From the human T2T-CHM13v2.0 reference genome, Homo sapiens: 64,000 nucleotides of DNA. Below are positions 40,232 to 55,617 of this stretch, piece after piece. Under the pieces are notes generated by a model. The model was given only the letters and a program-made list of their open reading frames with translations. It did not search any database and had not been told where the DNA came from. The position numbers were made by a program, and so were the translations under genes. Position 1 is the first letter of the stretch. Each line of letters begins with the position of its first letter. The DNA lies in NCBI RefSeq assembly GCF_009914755.1, contig NC_060926.1, one strand, 5' to 3'.

Positions 40232-40546
<315 letters not shown>

Positions 40547-40692
40547 AAGTGGTACACCTTAAATGGGTGTATTTTATGGTATGTTAATTTTATCTCAATA
40601 AAGCAGTTTTTAAAAAGCAAAGAGCAGGAAAGAGGAATTGTAATTCACTTTTGTTGATTAAAAAAAAAAAAAAAAAAAAAAAGAGTGTGATG

Positions 40693-41000
40693 GGCCGGGG
40701 CCGGGGCGGTGGCTCACACCTCTAATCCCAGCACTCTGGGAGGCCGAGGCCGGTGGATCACAAGGTCAGGAGTTCAAGACCAGCCTGGCTAATATGGTGA
40801 AACCCCCGTCTCTACTAAAAATACAAAAATCAGCCAGGCGTGGGGGCGCCTGTAGTCCCAGCTACTCAGGAGACTGAGGCAGAAGAATCACTTGAAGCCG
40901 GTAGGCGGAGGTTGCGGTGAGCCAAGATAGCGCCACTGCACTCCAGCCTGGGCAACAGAGCAAGACCCCGTCTCAAAAAAAAAAAAAGAAAAGAAACAAA
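40693..41000 (+). mobile_element. Alu (S-type)
   Basis: Sense Alu, TSD AAAAAAAGAGTGTGATG, duplicated GGCCGG head. Confidence 0.95.
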
Positions 41001-42249
41001 AAAAAAGAGTGTGATGAAGAAATTCTGCAAAATTTGCCGTTTCATGGGCTATATAGGAATTGACTTTAATTCTGACACAAAAAATTATCTTATCCAGAAA
41101 TCAATTTTAACTTTCCAGAAAATATAAGCATATGCAAAAGTAATCACCTTTTCCTAGTAAACTTTTAGTATTAAATTCTAATTTCAAAAACACTTCAGAA
41201 AGCCAAATGCTGTAGTAACAATACTTCTACAAGAACAAAATATACGAATATCAACAACAAAACAGTCTTTACGATTTGGTTGTGATGCATTCTTTATTTT
41301 AAAAACCCATTAAAACATTTTTCATTTATTTAAAAAAGTGATCCTCAGACTGCCTCTTAGATTGGTAGTGTAATAATTCTTAAGTTATCAGAACATAATT
41401 TAAAAATAGCCAAATTACAATAAAATCGCAAACATCTACTGTCGTCCCAAACAACTATCAATTACAGCTACTGGTAACCTATCATAAGCAATGATGAGCA
41501 CTACGAACCATCAACATCCATTTCTAGGAAATCCGATTCTGACTACACTACAAATACAGTCAAACAAATCCCATCATTCCCTCTGTTCCATCATTTAACT
41601 GCTTAGAAATCATTTAGGCTCTGAAGGTGCTTTTTCCAATTAGAACTCCCCTTCGGATTTATAAAAGTGAATGTACATCAAAATCTGCAGTTTAGGTTAT
41701 CGCAGTAATATTTCTCGGTATACTACAAGTAATTTATCACGGTATTACTTAAAGGCGTTTAGTATTAAGACCGCCCTTGATTTGACAAATCAGAAATACA
41801 GCCAATTAAAAACAAAAACAGTCCAAACAATTTAATTCTTCGAAAGAGCCTCAATAAAGACCAAAAAATAAAGCTGGTTAGAAGAAAAAAATTTTTTTTT
41901 GAAACGCCTGTCAGTCAAAATGCTAAAAATACCATCTTGAACTCAACACATGAACAGACCAAACGGCTAATTATAATTGGCAAGCCAAAGTTCCCAAGTC
42001 AACGACGGGAGAGCAGAAACGGCAGAGAGGGCCTGCCCTTTCTGTCTATGCAGAGATGGAAGGAGGCAGAACTGAAGAAAATTATTGCACAAATTATTTC
42101 AAGCTACATTGCCAAAATGCAAAATACTGAGTAACTCTTTGGGTTAGCCTTCCCCGGAGAGAAAAACAAACAAATGTTTTAACGATTCCAGTAGAATCCA
42201 ATAGGACTAAGGGCCTGGCTGGAAAAAGAAAAGGAAAGTTTGGGGGCAG

Positions 42250-43400
42250 CGTCTAAGGGGGTGATGGAAGTTCCAGAGCTGGGATCCCGGAAAGATAAGA
42301 GAGGGGCAAGAGCGGCGTTTGCGGTCGCTGACAGGAGGCAGGGAACACAGCTGCCAGCCCCGATCCCGGAGGGAGAGTGAAAAGGAAAAAAAAAAAAAAA
42401 AAGGAAGTGGCGGAGAGGAGCATGGAAGCTTCAGTGCCGGTCAGCTGTGACCGAAACTCGGTCCGTTTGGGGCTGGGGAGGAGAGCCGAGGGGGTGGGGT
42501 CTCGGTCCCTCTCTCCGCTGTAGGTCGGGGTGAGAGTGGGCTGAGACGCGCGGGGGGCCGCGGGGCACACCTACCTGCGGGTCCCGGGGCAGCCGCCCTG
42601 AGCGAGGCCTAGTGCATCGCCGCCGCCTCCAGCCCTCCACGTCGCACCGAGGCTGCTGCTCCACGGCCGCCGCCGCCCGGCGCCCGGCCGGGCCCGAGCC
42701 CGGGTTCCCGCCCCCGCCCCGCGCCCGCTGGCCAGTCGGCCCGGGGAGCACAGGGCCGCCCTCTCGAGCCCAGCTTCACTCAGGGGTGAGAGGTGGCAGC
42801 GGCGGCTCCCTCACGTCTCTCCCGGGTGTCCTGTCAGCCAGCAGTTTCCCCCGGGTCCGCAGCGCCGCCTCCGCCGCTGCTGCCACCGCCTCTCCCACAT
42901 CCCCGGCCTCCAGGGGAGCCGCCGCCGCCGCGCCACGACCACTGCCTCTAGCGCTTCTGCTCCCGACTCCACTGCTTTCCCTCACCCCGCCGGCCCAGCC
43001 GGCTCGGCCCGGTCGGGTGCGGGGAGACAGCGCCGGAGGCCGCCGCAGCCCCCAGCCCACAATCCACCGCGCGGCTCCGCCGGGGCGGGAGGGCCGCGGC
43101 CCGGGCCGGGGGGAGCGCCCGCCGCCTGGGGAAAGCGGCCTTGGCGCAGGCCGGCGTGCCCGTCGCAGGCGCAGCCAGAGTTCTCTCGGGGCGGGGAATA
43201 CACCGCGTGGCTCCCCTGCGCCTCCTCTAATAGTCCTACACGCAGACAAATCCACGCTGAATTCCACTTTCCCCACCACCCTTCCCCCCAACTCCCAGTT
43301 TTCAGGAACACCCAGAAAACCTCCTGCCGCCTTCCCCGGGACTGGGACGCGACCCCTCCAGCGTAGCCCTCGCCACCCCCAAGACCAACCGACTCGAAAC
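42250..43400. promoter_or_regulatory. VPS54: CpG island / VPS54 promoter
   Basis: Very GC- and CpG-rich block. GC boxes (GGGGCGGGG 43188-43196, GGGGCGGG ~43082), NRF1-like CGCAGGCGCA 43164-43173, ETS-like GGAAGTG ~42403, many G-runs. Confidence 0.9.
42575..43060 (-). other. VPS54: VPS54 non-coding exon 1 (5' boundary/TSS approximate)
   Basis: Strong donor CCGCAG|gtaggt on the minus strand at 42575 inside the only CpG island, upstream of exon 2. The TSS cannot be read from sequence. Confidence 0.7.
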
Positions 43401-43784
43401 ATCCCTAAATCACCCGGGACCTATTAAAGCAAATACTTCCACGAGATTCCTCCTCTCCCCCACCCCCTCGAAGTAAATGCTTTTCAGCTGTTCCCTAGTA
43501 AATGCCCTTCCAAAGGTTAAAGGTCACCCCTCCGCAACAACCCAGTTCTCTCTATTGAGGCCTTTTCCCCATCCAGTCCTCCCCTCCAAGTCTTCCCCAA
43601 GTTCCAGGCCTTCCTCCCAGACACTGTAATCAGTTATTCCTGTTACTTGACTGAGATACTTGGAGTGTGTATGATAATTAATACCTTCTAATTCTGACTT
43701 CAGCCTGGTTTCACAGGACTTGCAACTTTAAACCAATAAAACACAGTCCACAAGAAAGGGAAGGTCTTAGTATATAAATATAAA

Positions 43785-43785
<1 letters not shown>

Positions 43786-43836
<51 letters not shown>
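43786..43836. repeat. (CA)n microsatellite just upstream of the CpG island
   Basis: About 25 perfect CA units. Confidence 0.95.
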
Positions 43837-43841
<5 letters not shown>

Positions 43842-44469
43842 TTTAGGAAGAAAAAGATCCTCAATCCTTTGAGTGCTTGTGACTTAATTTTGGGAAGATT
43901 TTATTCAATGTTGAAATTCTTGCCTAAAAATAAATTTCAAGCATTTATAAGACATAGTATGTTTTAACAAATCAAAAGTGAAAATGTAACTCTTATAGTT
44001 GGGGGGTTGAAAAAAATGTTGATCCAAGTTTCACTTCTAAGAAGTCACTTTGAAAACTGCAAACATAACTTTTATGAAATAATATTTTCCCCACCAAAGA
44101 GCTAAAGTTGGGGAAAGAGGACAAAAAGTAAGGAAGCATCAAAAATAGTTGAGAGAAAACTCTTACATTATATTTTTCTAAGTTCAATCCTCTAAAATTA
44201 TGTAAGAAACAAAGTGAGAAAATCATTCCCCAATATGAAATAAATTTAACTGTAAAAGAGTGAAGTCCTCTTAAATCCCTGATCACTTATAAAACCAGAT
44301 GAGTTTACATAGAAGCAGAGTAGAATGGTGGTTACCAAAGACTGGGGGGTAAAGGGTGATGAGGAAAGGGGAAATGTGAGTCAAAGGGTATAAAGTTTCA
44401 GGTAGGAGGAATAAATTTTAGTGATCTATTGCACAGCACGATGACCACAGTTAATAACAATGTATTTAA

Positions 44470-44794
<325 letters not shown>

Positions 44795-44834
44795 CAAGAG
44801 TACATTTTAAATGTTCTCACCATAAAAAAAATAA

Positions 44835-44955
44835 GCTGGGTACAGTGGCCCACACTTGTAGTCTCAGCTGAAGTGGAAGGATGCCTTGAAACTAGCAGTT
44901 TGAGTCCAGCCTGGACAACATAGCCAGACACCATCTCTTAAAAAAAAAAAAAAAA
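44835..44955 (+). mobile_element. FLAM-like Alu monomer
   Basis: Monomer-length 7SL-derived sequence with an A tail. Confidence 0.75.
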
Positions 44956-46094
44956 GTAGGTGAGGTGAAAGATATGTTAATTAGCTTGGTTTAGTTATTC
45001 CACAGTGTGTACATATATCAAAACATCACATTGGATCCTATAAATATATATAATTATTATTTGTCAGTTTAAAAATTTTTTATTAAAAAAGATGTGTTTA
45101 TACTGTGAAAATATTAACAAGAGGATTAACCAAGTTTTATCTAAGGCCAGAAAGGAAAATAATTTTTCTTTATGTCTAGAATCAGTTCATAGATTATGCT
45201 AGGAATTGGATTTAGCAAATTCTTATATTTTGACCCCCCTCAGGAAGTCAACAACAGTTCAAAAACTTCCTTAAGCCTGGCTGGTTTGGCCTTTAAAAAA
45301 ATATTTGTGTTTATACCCCACCTTGTTCCAGAAAAGATTCCAACTTGGCACTTGGACTAAATGATAGCCGTCAGTTGTCTCCCAGACACTAGAACAAGAC
45401 AGTCTGGTTTGCTTCCTCATTATCCATCTGTTGATAACATACCATAGGAAGAAAATACACATTGAGTGTCGTGCTTAGTTCTTTCAGAGATCCAGCTCAA
45501 TGTTTACTTTTACTTTTACTTTTCCACAGAACAATTCATAATCTTGAATCTAAACAGGAAAGTAAATGCTGATGATCAGGTTTGCAAAAATTTTTTTAAA
45601 GTGTGTAAACTGGGCAAGCAATTTCATTTAAACCTAGATAAATTTCAAATTAATTACTATGTTCACTTGCTATCACTTGAATCATTTCAGTCAGTATGAG
45701 AGCTAAAAGCCAAATCACAAATAAATAGGTATAGATATATTATTAGTGTACATTTCCAGAAAGCACAGATGATAGAAAATTAAGAAATTAATACAAAATT
45801 AAGAAATGGATAGGAGTTAAGATTCCATCATTGCCTTCAAAAAAAGGAATCAGGAAGAAAATATTTAGCTACCATGTCACTAACACTGTATTTGGCATAT
45901 TTATTATATCTGTTACCGACCAATCACATGAAAAGTGATAGTCCATCAAGGTTATATGTTCTAATTAGAGGGAGAATGGCAAATTTTCTAATGCCATAAC
46001 ACCTATAAAAGGGCTATGTTTATGTTTACTGTGTATTCTGTGCATATTTGTATAGGTGGCAGTAGTAAGGTTAACATAGCTACTCAATCACTGA

Positions 46095-46402
<308 letters not shown>

Positions 46403-47304
46403 TGAACATTGCCTTTCTAATGATTTATTTGATAGAAACTATACATTCCCGTGCTATATAAATACAGAGGGGAAAGGGGGCACTGATAGAATGAACAATG
46501 AGAAAAATAATTTTCCAATTTAGTAAGATAGAAGCACTAGCTTCTTTTTTCTGTGATAGCAAACCTTGAATCTATGCAATGGAAACCCATCCACATTCTT
46601 AACCTACTCTACAGCTAAATATGTGTAATTATATTGTGTGTTTAGTATAAATAAGCTATCTTTGATAAGCAAGATTTACATGCACTAATGAACTGAAGGT
46701 GTCAAGCTGGTAATTGTTTCATTAGGGTTTGGATCCAATAATGTCCTGAATTATTTTATGCATCATATTTGAGCTATTCTTAAATGTTATATATATAAAT
46801 ATATAATTATATGTGTTTTTATAATTTAAAAAATTTTACAATTTTTGATACAGCTAATATATAGTATATAAAAATATAAATGATAATTTATAACAATATG
46901 ACTCTAACCTGAAACTGTGTTTTGATATTTCTTCATAGGTAATATAGGACTATCTTAATGTAGGAAAACTTTCCAGTTTACTTTGAGTATGGTGTAAGAT
47001 ATTAAAGCTAAATGTAGATATAAGCACCACTAGAAAATTTATAATATTTTATGTGGTGATGATAATGTACTCAATACTTGTTGGGAGTAATATACAAGTC
47101 TTCAACATATCATCTTTTTGTCTTCTACACCAGCCGCTTGGTTACTTTGGAAGCAATTATTTAACTCTGTTAAATTTCTCTGTTAACTTTTTTCTTGACC
47201 TCGATATTTCAGATTTCCATTTTGATTATTATAATAATAGCAGCTGTAATCTACTAAGAATTTACTGCACCCCAAGCATAGGGAAAAAACCAAGATACTA
47301 TGGT

Positions 47305-47850
47305 ATATTAGTTTTCTATTGGTATGTACAAATTATCGCCAATTTAGCAATTTAAAGCAACACACGTTTATTATGTCATGGTTTCTTGAGTCAGGAGTCT
47401 CAGCACAACTTAACTTTGCTTAAGGTTTCACAAGGCTGCAATCAAAGCATCCATCAGCCTGTATTGTCATCTGAAAGCTTGACTGAGGAAGAATCTGCTT
47501 CCAGTCTCCTTCAGGTTGTTGGCAGCATTTATTTTCTTGCATTTACAGACTGAGAGCCCTGGCTCCTTGCTGGCTCAAGGCTGCCCTCAGATTTTAGAGG
47601 CCACCTGCAGTTCCTCACCCTGTGGGTTTCCCTAACACAGCTGTTTACTTCATCAGCCAGTGAGGAGTGTCTTTAAAGTCTCTAAAGTGAATCTGCTAGC
47701 CAAATGGAGTGATATCCTAGCATATTTTCTAGGTTTATAGCAGGTCACAAGTTTCACTCACACTTGAGGAGAGGGGATTACAAAAAGTGTGAACAATCAT
47801 GGTTGCCTTTGATGGTAGCAATCATGAAGGGCTACCCTCGAGCCTATAGT
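47305..47850. mobile_element. MLT1-type MaLR LTR
   Basis: TATTAGTTTTCTATTG..AAAGCAACACACGTTTATT..GTCAGGAGTCT..CACAAGGCTGCAATCAA..TCATCTGAAAGCTTGACTG. Confidence 0.7.
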
Positions 47851-48635
47851 TAATACCACAGGCTTTGGAGTTTGGCCAACCTTGGGCTTTAAACTTGGCT
47901 GTGACACTTTAGCTATGTGACTTTATTATCAGCCTCTAACTCATAGCTTGTTCATCTGCAAAGAGGGAAAACAAGCTCTTTGCACTTTATTTTTCTCCCA
48001 TGTAAAATGGGACTAATAATAGAGTTTAAGGATTAAATGAGCATTTTAACACAGTAACTGGTAACATGAAATACTCAATAAACACTTGTTAGTTTTCTCC
48101 TTTTGTTCCCCCTCTTTCCCTCATCTCTTTTTATTTTGAACCTGGTCTGTTAGAAGTCCCAGTTGGCATTTTTACCCTTTCAACTGCTATGTATTTACCC
48201 TGGGTCCAGAGTTCATGTACATGTGTGTACACCTGTATCTAGGGCCATTCAAAACCAATTCTAGTATCAACACCTTAAAAAAAAGGATGGATAGTATTGC
48301 AAATGTTATTTCCAACTTGAGCTTGGAAAAATAAATAAAATGATAAATGCATAACATTAGAAAGATCATTATTAGACATAGAGGCTTTGAGAGTTTAGAG
48401 AACGTTGCTGGGGTTGGCTTCAGTTCTCCCTCTGAATCATGTTCAATAGGTACAAGGTACAAAAGGACGTGTTCTGGCATAATAGTGTTCCTGGGCTCTG
48501 AGTTTGTATTCCAGCTTTGCCACTTTCTAAGTAACCTTGGGATATTATTTAAGCTCTTTAAAGCTCAGTTCATTGTGGGGTAATGATAGTATTTAGACTT
48601 CGTAGATGTGCTGTGAGGATTACGTTTAAAGTGCA

Positions 48636-48952
48636 CAGTCAGCCCTCAATATCTGCGGATTCCACATCAATAGATTCAACCAACTGTGTATTGAATATAT
48701 ATATATTTAAAAACAATAAAAAATACCAATAAAAAACAATACAGTATAACAACTATTTACATTGCATTTACATTGCATTAGGTAGTATAAATAATCTAGA
48801 GATGATTTAAAGTATCTGGGAGGATGTGTGTAGGTTATATGCAAGTACTTTGCCATTTTATATAAAAGACTTACTCAAATCCCTGATTTTGGTAACTGCA
48901 GAGGAGGGGGTAGTCCCTGAACCAATCGTCCTCAGATACTGAGGGACGATTG
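48636..48952. mobile_element. Tigger3a/MER7-like MITE
   Basis: TIRs CAGTCAGCCCTCAATATCTG / CAGATACTGAGGGACGATTG followed by TA. Internal CAGTATAACAACTATTTACAT..AATCTAGAGATGATTTAAAGTAT. Confidence 0.75.
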
Positions 48953-49180
48953 TACTTAAATAGCATAATTTAATGCTTAGTTCATAGTTGGTACTTTAAA
49001 ATGTTAACTATCATAATTATTATTATAATCTTCACTATATCATTATTATTAGGAAAGCTGTTTTAATGAAACCCGCAAAATAGGAAGGGGCAAGATTTGA
49101 CTATGAATGAGGTGGTTGAGGTGAGGCATGAGAAGCCACAAGATCTCAAAAGTCCTTATAAGCCCATGGGCTGCAAGTAA

Positions 49181-49457
<277 letters not shown>

Positions 49458-50129
49458 ACATTGACAGGTCAGAAACTGGACAAATAGGAACTAGGGGCCA
49501 AGGTAAAATTATGAATTCTCAACCAAACCGAAAAATGCAACCCAAGACACAACAGAAGAGCACATGAAACAAATAATTCGTACTTCAAACATGAAGCCTT
49601 TTATATACTTCCTGCTGGAGCAGGAGTCAACCACAGAGCATATCTGGTACGTGTCTGTACCATGCCTGGTACAAAGTAAGAGTTCAATAACTATTTTGAA
49701 TGGAAAACACAGGAGTCATGTTCCTATAGGAAAATAGTGACTACATTGTTGAGTAGAACAGAGGATATGGGCATATCTTGACAAATATAAGATTACTTTC
49801 AAATTGAACAATTTCCCTAGAAAAGTAGTTATATATACCATTTTGTTAGTCCTGCTATCATATTTTTGCTTTATGTTGCTTTATACAGTATTTGGTTCTT
49901 TATTCTATGGAGAATATGTCTAATGAACTAAATTGTAACTATTTCCAGGGTAGGATTTTCTGTTGTTGTTGCAGGGTACTTTTAAAAAATTTCCCTACAG
50001 AATCTGGAACAGTATACTACATAGTAGATTTTCAGTAGATGCTTGTTGAGTTAAAATAATTATGAATTACCCATCCTTAGTAAATGGTATTTGGCATAAT
50101 TAATTTTAATAATGTATAAAACTAGTGGG

Positions 50130-51050
50130 CAACCTTGAAATCATTCTTGACTTTCATGTACCACATCTAATTTGTCAGCAAATTCTGTTATTTCTACCTT
50201 TGAAATATATCTAGACTAAAGACTTCTCACCATTCACACTGCATCCAGTCTGATCCAAGCCATCTTGCCCGCAGGGCCCCTGACTGTGGCTGTTGGACTA
50301 TAATATACTGCTTATTACCGAAGGCACCATTCATACAGACGGCAGGGCGAATGATGCTTCTTGGAGTTGTGCAGTGCAATGATCCTACTTGCCTGGATTT
50401 TTGCAAAAGTCTTCTAGGCCATCTCCCCATTTCTGCCTTCTTCCCCCGACCCCACCAGTCTATTCTCAAAACGATAGTCAGCTTGCTTCTGTTGAAACTT
50501 AAGTCAGATCAGGTCATTCCTCCAGAAGCTCCCATCTCATTCAGAGAAAAGTTAAAGTTCTTGCAAGGCCCTAGGTGATCTCATCCCACTGTTACCTCTC
50601 TGACTTTATCTGCTCCTGCTCCCCCTATTTCTGACAACTGAACTCCTCACGATTCCTGGGAAACACCAGACATGGCCCTGACCTAGAGCATTTGCACTTG
50701 CACCTCTCTCTGCCTGGAATTTCCCCAGTTGTCCGCATAGCTAACTCCCTTACTTCCTTCAGGTCTTCATTCAAATATCACCTTCTCAGTGAGGCATTTC
50801 TTGACATGCATATTTCTCATTACAACACTAGGCTTTAACTGCTTTTCCACTTTCACCTCTTAGCCTTTATTATTATCTAACCCTCCATATGTTTTACTTA
50901 TTTATTGTTTATCTGTCCCTAACATGAATGCAAGCTCTTTTGAGGGCAAGGATTTTTTTCTGTTTTGCTTACCACTTTACCACGCAACACCTGGAACAGT
51001 GCCTGTTCAAAGTAAGAGTTCAATAAATACTTGAAATAATGAATGAATGA
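50130..51050. mobile_element. L2 fragment with a MER91-like insert (~50270-50380)
   Basis: L2-type CATTTGCACTTGC..TGCCTGGAAT..TCAAATATCACCTTCTCAGTGAGG..GAGGGCAAGG..CAATAAATACTTG..GAATGAATGA. Insert CACCATTCA..GAATGATGC..TGGAGTTGTGCAGTGCA. Confidence 0.6.
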
Positions 51051-51304
51051 CTAAAAAAAAAACTAGCTGTTATAAGTATACACCACTTTCTTTCATGCAC
51101 TAAGCAGAATAAATAACCAGTTAGTCTAATATCTTGAAAACAACTTGCCATTGATATGTTATAGGACTCAAGATTTTTGTAAGCCACTATTAATTTATTA
51201 TATTTATGATCAAGATGATACTCTTGGCTCATTTTACATTTGGAGTAATTTAAGTAATAATGTTTAGAAAAGTGTTTTAAATATGCAATTCTGTAATGAA
51301 GTAG

Positions 51305-51640
<336 letters not shown>

Positions 51641-54091
51641 AGGAAAAAAAAATTCTCATTTAAAACTTATCTCAGGAGAGGAGAAATTTTGTTCAAAACT
51701 TCTCAAGGAAAATTGTGGGCAATTTAGAAGCCATACATTGCCAGAGAAACAGAAGCCAGGGTTGGCCTCCTAAAGGATTTTCTCAAGAACCACCTTATAC
51801 ATCAACTGGGTATGCGACAACACCAGCCGTTGCTCAGGAAGAACCCCCTAAGGGGTAGAAATACAAGGGATACAAATTCTTACCCCACTATATAATATTT
51901 TTAAATGGAAAAAAATAAAAATCAAGCAGTGAGGAAAATTTTGCAAGCCAAATAGAGACAAAACAACCCTGAGCATCATAAAACTAGGCAAATTTAACAA
52001 CATAATCCAAAGTAAGAGATTAATATAAGAATGGATTGCAATTATGTAATGGATTTTCCTGGATACCAAAATGCATTATAAAGGTCATTTAATTCTCATG
52101 CCACTGTCTGGTCATTTTGGTTCCCATTACACCAGGCAGTAAAACATCTGTATTTTTTTACTCTCTTTACTGCTATGAATTCCTGAGCTCTAATAAAAAG
52201 TTCTCAATCAGAATCTGGTTTCAATGTAGAAGTCTTACTTCCAAAAATCTTACTTTATATTTAGAACAGCATTTTTTTCCCTTCCATGCTTTTATTTAAT
52301 AGCTTTTAAGCCAATATATAAAATAGAATTAATAAACTCAAAAGAAAGAAAACATCACTGAAATCAGACTTTTAGGACAGCAGATGCCTCTCATTTGACA
52401 GACGAGGGCTGAGACAGATCATGTTTTAGTGGTGGCAGCTGATTTCCAATCAGAAACCAGGTTTAAGGACATTAAGACTAGTGATCTTTGCCTCGCACTA
52501 TACTGAGGAAATGCTATAACAACAAATAGCTGGAAAAGTAAGAATTATGTTAACTGAAATTAGTTATTACTTGAATTAAAAAAAAATTGTATTCTCCTCT
52601 CACTGTCCCCAAAGGAAAAGTTAGAACTTTCACTAAAATATGAAGTTTTTCATTACTTGTAAGAAAAAACCATCTTGTAGGAAAGATTTTGCTTGGTAAC
52701 AGATGTTTAATAACTTAGGAAATAATCAACATACATTAATTTATTATTTTAAATACTCTTTACCAGTTCTTAAGTCCAAAGATAGATCTCTTGTTTGGTT
52801 GCAAGAATCCAGTATTTTAGAAAATGTATAGCCTATTTTCGTGTATTCTTCCTTCATAAATATGCAAAAGCCTATTTCTATTCTTCTAAGTTTGTCCCAA
52901 CTTTACTTTGCAGATCAGTATGCATAGCAAAAGAAATGTAAAATGAGCATAAAGGACACATTTACAAAGCATACATATTTCTGTGTCTATTACAAATTGA
53001 AAGTCAGGCAACTGACAGTTTTTCCCCCTGCAGAGCTCTACAACAAGCATACATCAAATCAATGAGCAAACAAAAAGCTTGTATAAATGGCTTTGTCTTT
53101 ATGATTAAACTGGCTCACTCATGCATGCCAGTGGAGTGCTGCTTTGATTCCAGGTGGTCAGCATATCTCTCTGGTTAATGGCATCCAAGAAGGAAATTGC
53201 TGATTCTTTACTGCCTGCCGACCTACCTATATTTTGCTCCAGTATATTGGTGGCTACCTCAGTTACTCACTACTTGCCCCCAGAATGAGGTTAAATTTGT
53301 CAAAATTATGATTCCCCTTAATGATGGAACCAATATTGTGATTCTCATTCTAAATCTTTTATTGTAATGAAGAGGTAGGAAAAATATTTCTACACAAGAA
53401 CTCCTTAACCCCCAGCACACATCCTCATTCTTAAATAAATATCCAGATATCCATTCACACTCAATGGATATTTATCAAGGGTGTTCTGGGTCCTATAAGC
53501 TAGCAGTAAGCAAGACTGGTTCCGTTCATGCTGTCATAGAACTTACAATCTGGAGTGAGAAGAGAGACATTAAACAATTATAGGAATTGTTCGACAACAG
53601 TTAGGATATGTATCATGAGAAGGCAGAAGTTAGGAGAGCTTGTCAAGCTGAGTATAATTTAACATAGATAAATAGAGAATCCTTGCCCAAGAAAGCAACA
53701 TTTAAACTGAAAAATGAATAGGAGTTGGTCAGGGTAGAGGAGTAGTGGTGGTGAAGAGGAAACAGCCAGCAGAAAGAGGCTCTGAGGCATGAAGAACTAG
53801 TAGGCTAGTAGAGGAAACAAAGGACCAATGTGGCTGGCATTAAATGAGACAATTGGGCCAAAGCCAGAGCATACAAGAAGGTGTAGGTCTTGGTGGAGTT
53901 TGAGCTTTATTATAAACTATAATAGGGCTTTGGGCAATGAGGTGACATAAGCATGTTTTTAAAAGATCGGTTTGACCCACTATGTGGAAAGTGAATTAGT
54001 GGAGATGACCAAAAGAAGGTGTGGCACCTGCAATTAGAAGGTTATCCAAGGGGTCCAGGTGTCAGGTAAAGACTAAGACCAGTTAGACAGA

Positions 54092-54462
54092 TGTCTTCGT
54101 TGGCTTGGGTTGCCGTAACAAAATACCATAGACTGGTTGGCTTAAACACCAGAAATTTATTTCTCACAGTTCCAGAGGCTGAACTCAGGGTGCCTGTATG
54201 GTCAGGTTTCTGGTGAGGGCTCTCTTCCTGGCTTGTAGATGGCTGCCTTCTACCTATGTCCTCATATGGTAGAGAGAGAGAGAAACATCAGTCTCCTCCT
54301 CTTCTTATAAAGACATTAATCCCTTCAAGGGAGTCCCACCATCCTGACCCTTTCTAAACCTAATTACCTTCCAAAGTCTCATCTCCAAATACCATTACAG
54401 TGAGGATTAGGGCTTCAACATATGAATTTGGGTGGTGGGACACAAACATTCAGTCCATAACA
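54092..54462. mobile_element. MLT1A-type MaLR solo LTR
   Basis: TG...CA termini with a perfect 5-bp TSD ACAGA. AACAAAATACCATAGACTGG..AAATTTATTTCTCACAGTTC..CATTCAGTCCATAACA. Confidence 0.85.
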
Positions 54463-54559
54463 ACAGATTGAAGAGATATCCTTGGAGACAGAATTGACAG
54501 TACTGGGTGATTGGCTGGACAAAGAAGCTAAGAAATGGGTAGGGATTAAAGATGATTCA

Positions 54560-54666
54560 GGTTGGGTGCAGTGGCTCATGCCTCTAATCCCAGCACTTTG
54601 GGCAGCCAAGGCTGGCAGATCATGAGGTCAAGAGATTGAGACCATCCTGGCTAACGTGGTGAAAAC
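54560..54666 (+). mobile_element. Alu left-arm fragment (3'-truncated)
   Basis: Ends at AACGTGGTGAAAAC. Confidence 0.85.
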
Positions 54667-54992
54667 AACATAAAAAGGGAGAACAAATTTATTGCTTCAT
54701 GTCATTAAGAAGTCCAAGGTTAGGGATGACTTAAGACATGGTGGGATCTGGAAGCTTAAATGATCAAGCAGGAACCAATCTTCCCACTTCTCTCAGCTTT
54801 ACTGTCATTCATTTAAAAATATTTATTGAAAAGCTACTGAGTCCCATGCTCCATTTTAGACACTAGAGATGCAGTGGTACAAAAGACAAGCAAGTCCACT
54901 ATCACTGCTTCTTTTCAGCATTGCACTGGAGGTTCTAGTCAGTGCAACAATTCAAGAAAAAGACATTTTTAACAATATAAGAATTGAGAAGA

Positions 54993-55321
<329 letters not shown>

Positions 55322-55457
55322 TTAAGAGAATAAAAAGGCAAGCCCAGTGGGAGAAGGTATTTGCAACACCTGTAGCTAAAAAGGCCTTATATTCAGGATA
55401 TTTTAAAAGATAAAAATTTTAATATCTCCTACAAATCAAAAAAGAAAAAAAAATGGG

Positions 55458-55617
55458 GGGGAGGGGGGAGGGATAGCATTGGGAGATATACCTAATGCTA
55501 GATGACGAGTTAGTGGGTGCAGCGCACCAGCATGGCACATGTATACATATGTAACTAACCTGCACAATATGCACATGTACCCTAAAACTTAAAGTATAAT
55601 AAAAAAAAAAAAAAAAA
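55458..55617 (+). mobile_element. Young 5'-truncated L1PA (L1PA2-like) 3' end
   Basis: GGGAGGGATAGCATTGGGAGATATACCTAATGCTAGATGACGAGTTAGTGGGTGCAGCGCACCAGCATGG...ACTTAAAGTATAAT(A)n. Near-perfect TSD AAAAAG(A)8-9TGGG. Confidence 0.92.

Noticed and set aside
42253-43427. Long ORFs on both strands over the CpG island (271, 208, 109, 106, 105 aa)
   Set aside because: Low-complexity Pro/Arg/Gly/Ala translations expected from stop-poor GC-rich DNA, mostly non-ATG starts, no recognisable domain.
53040-53240. Non-repetitive-looking stretch that might be a conserved enhancer or exon
   Set aside because: No ORF, splice pair or structure that I can support without conservation data.
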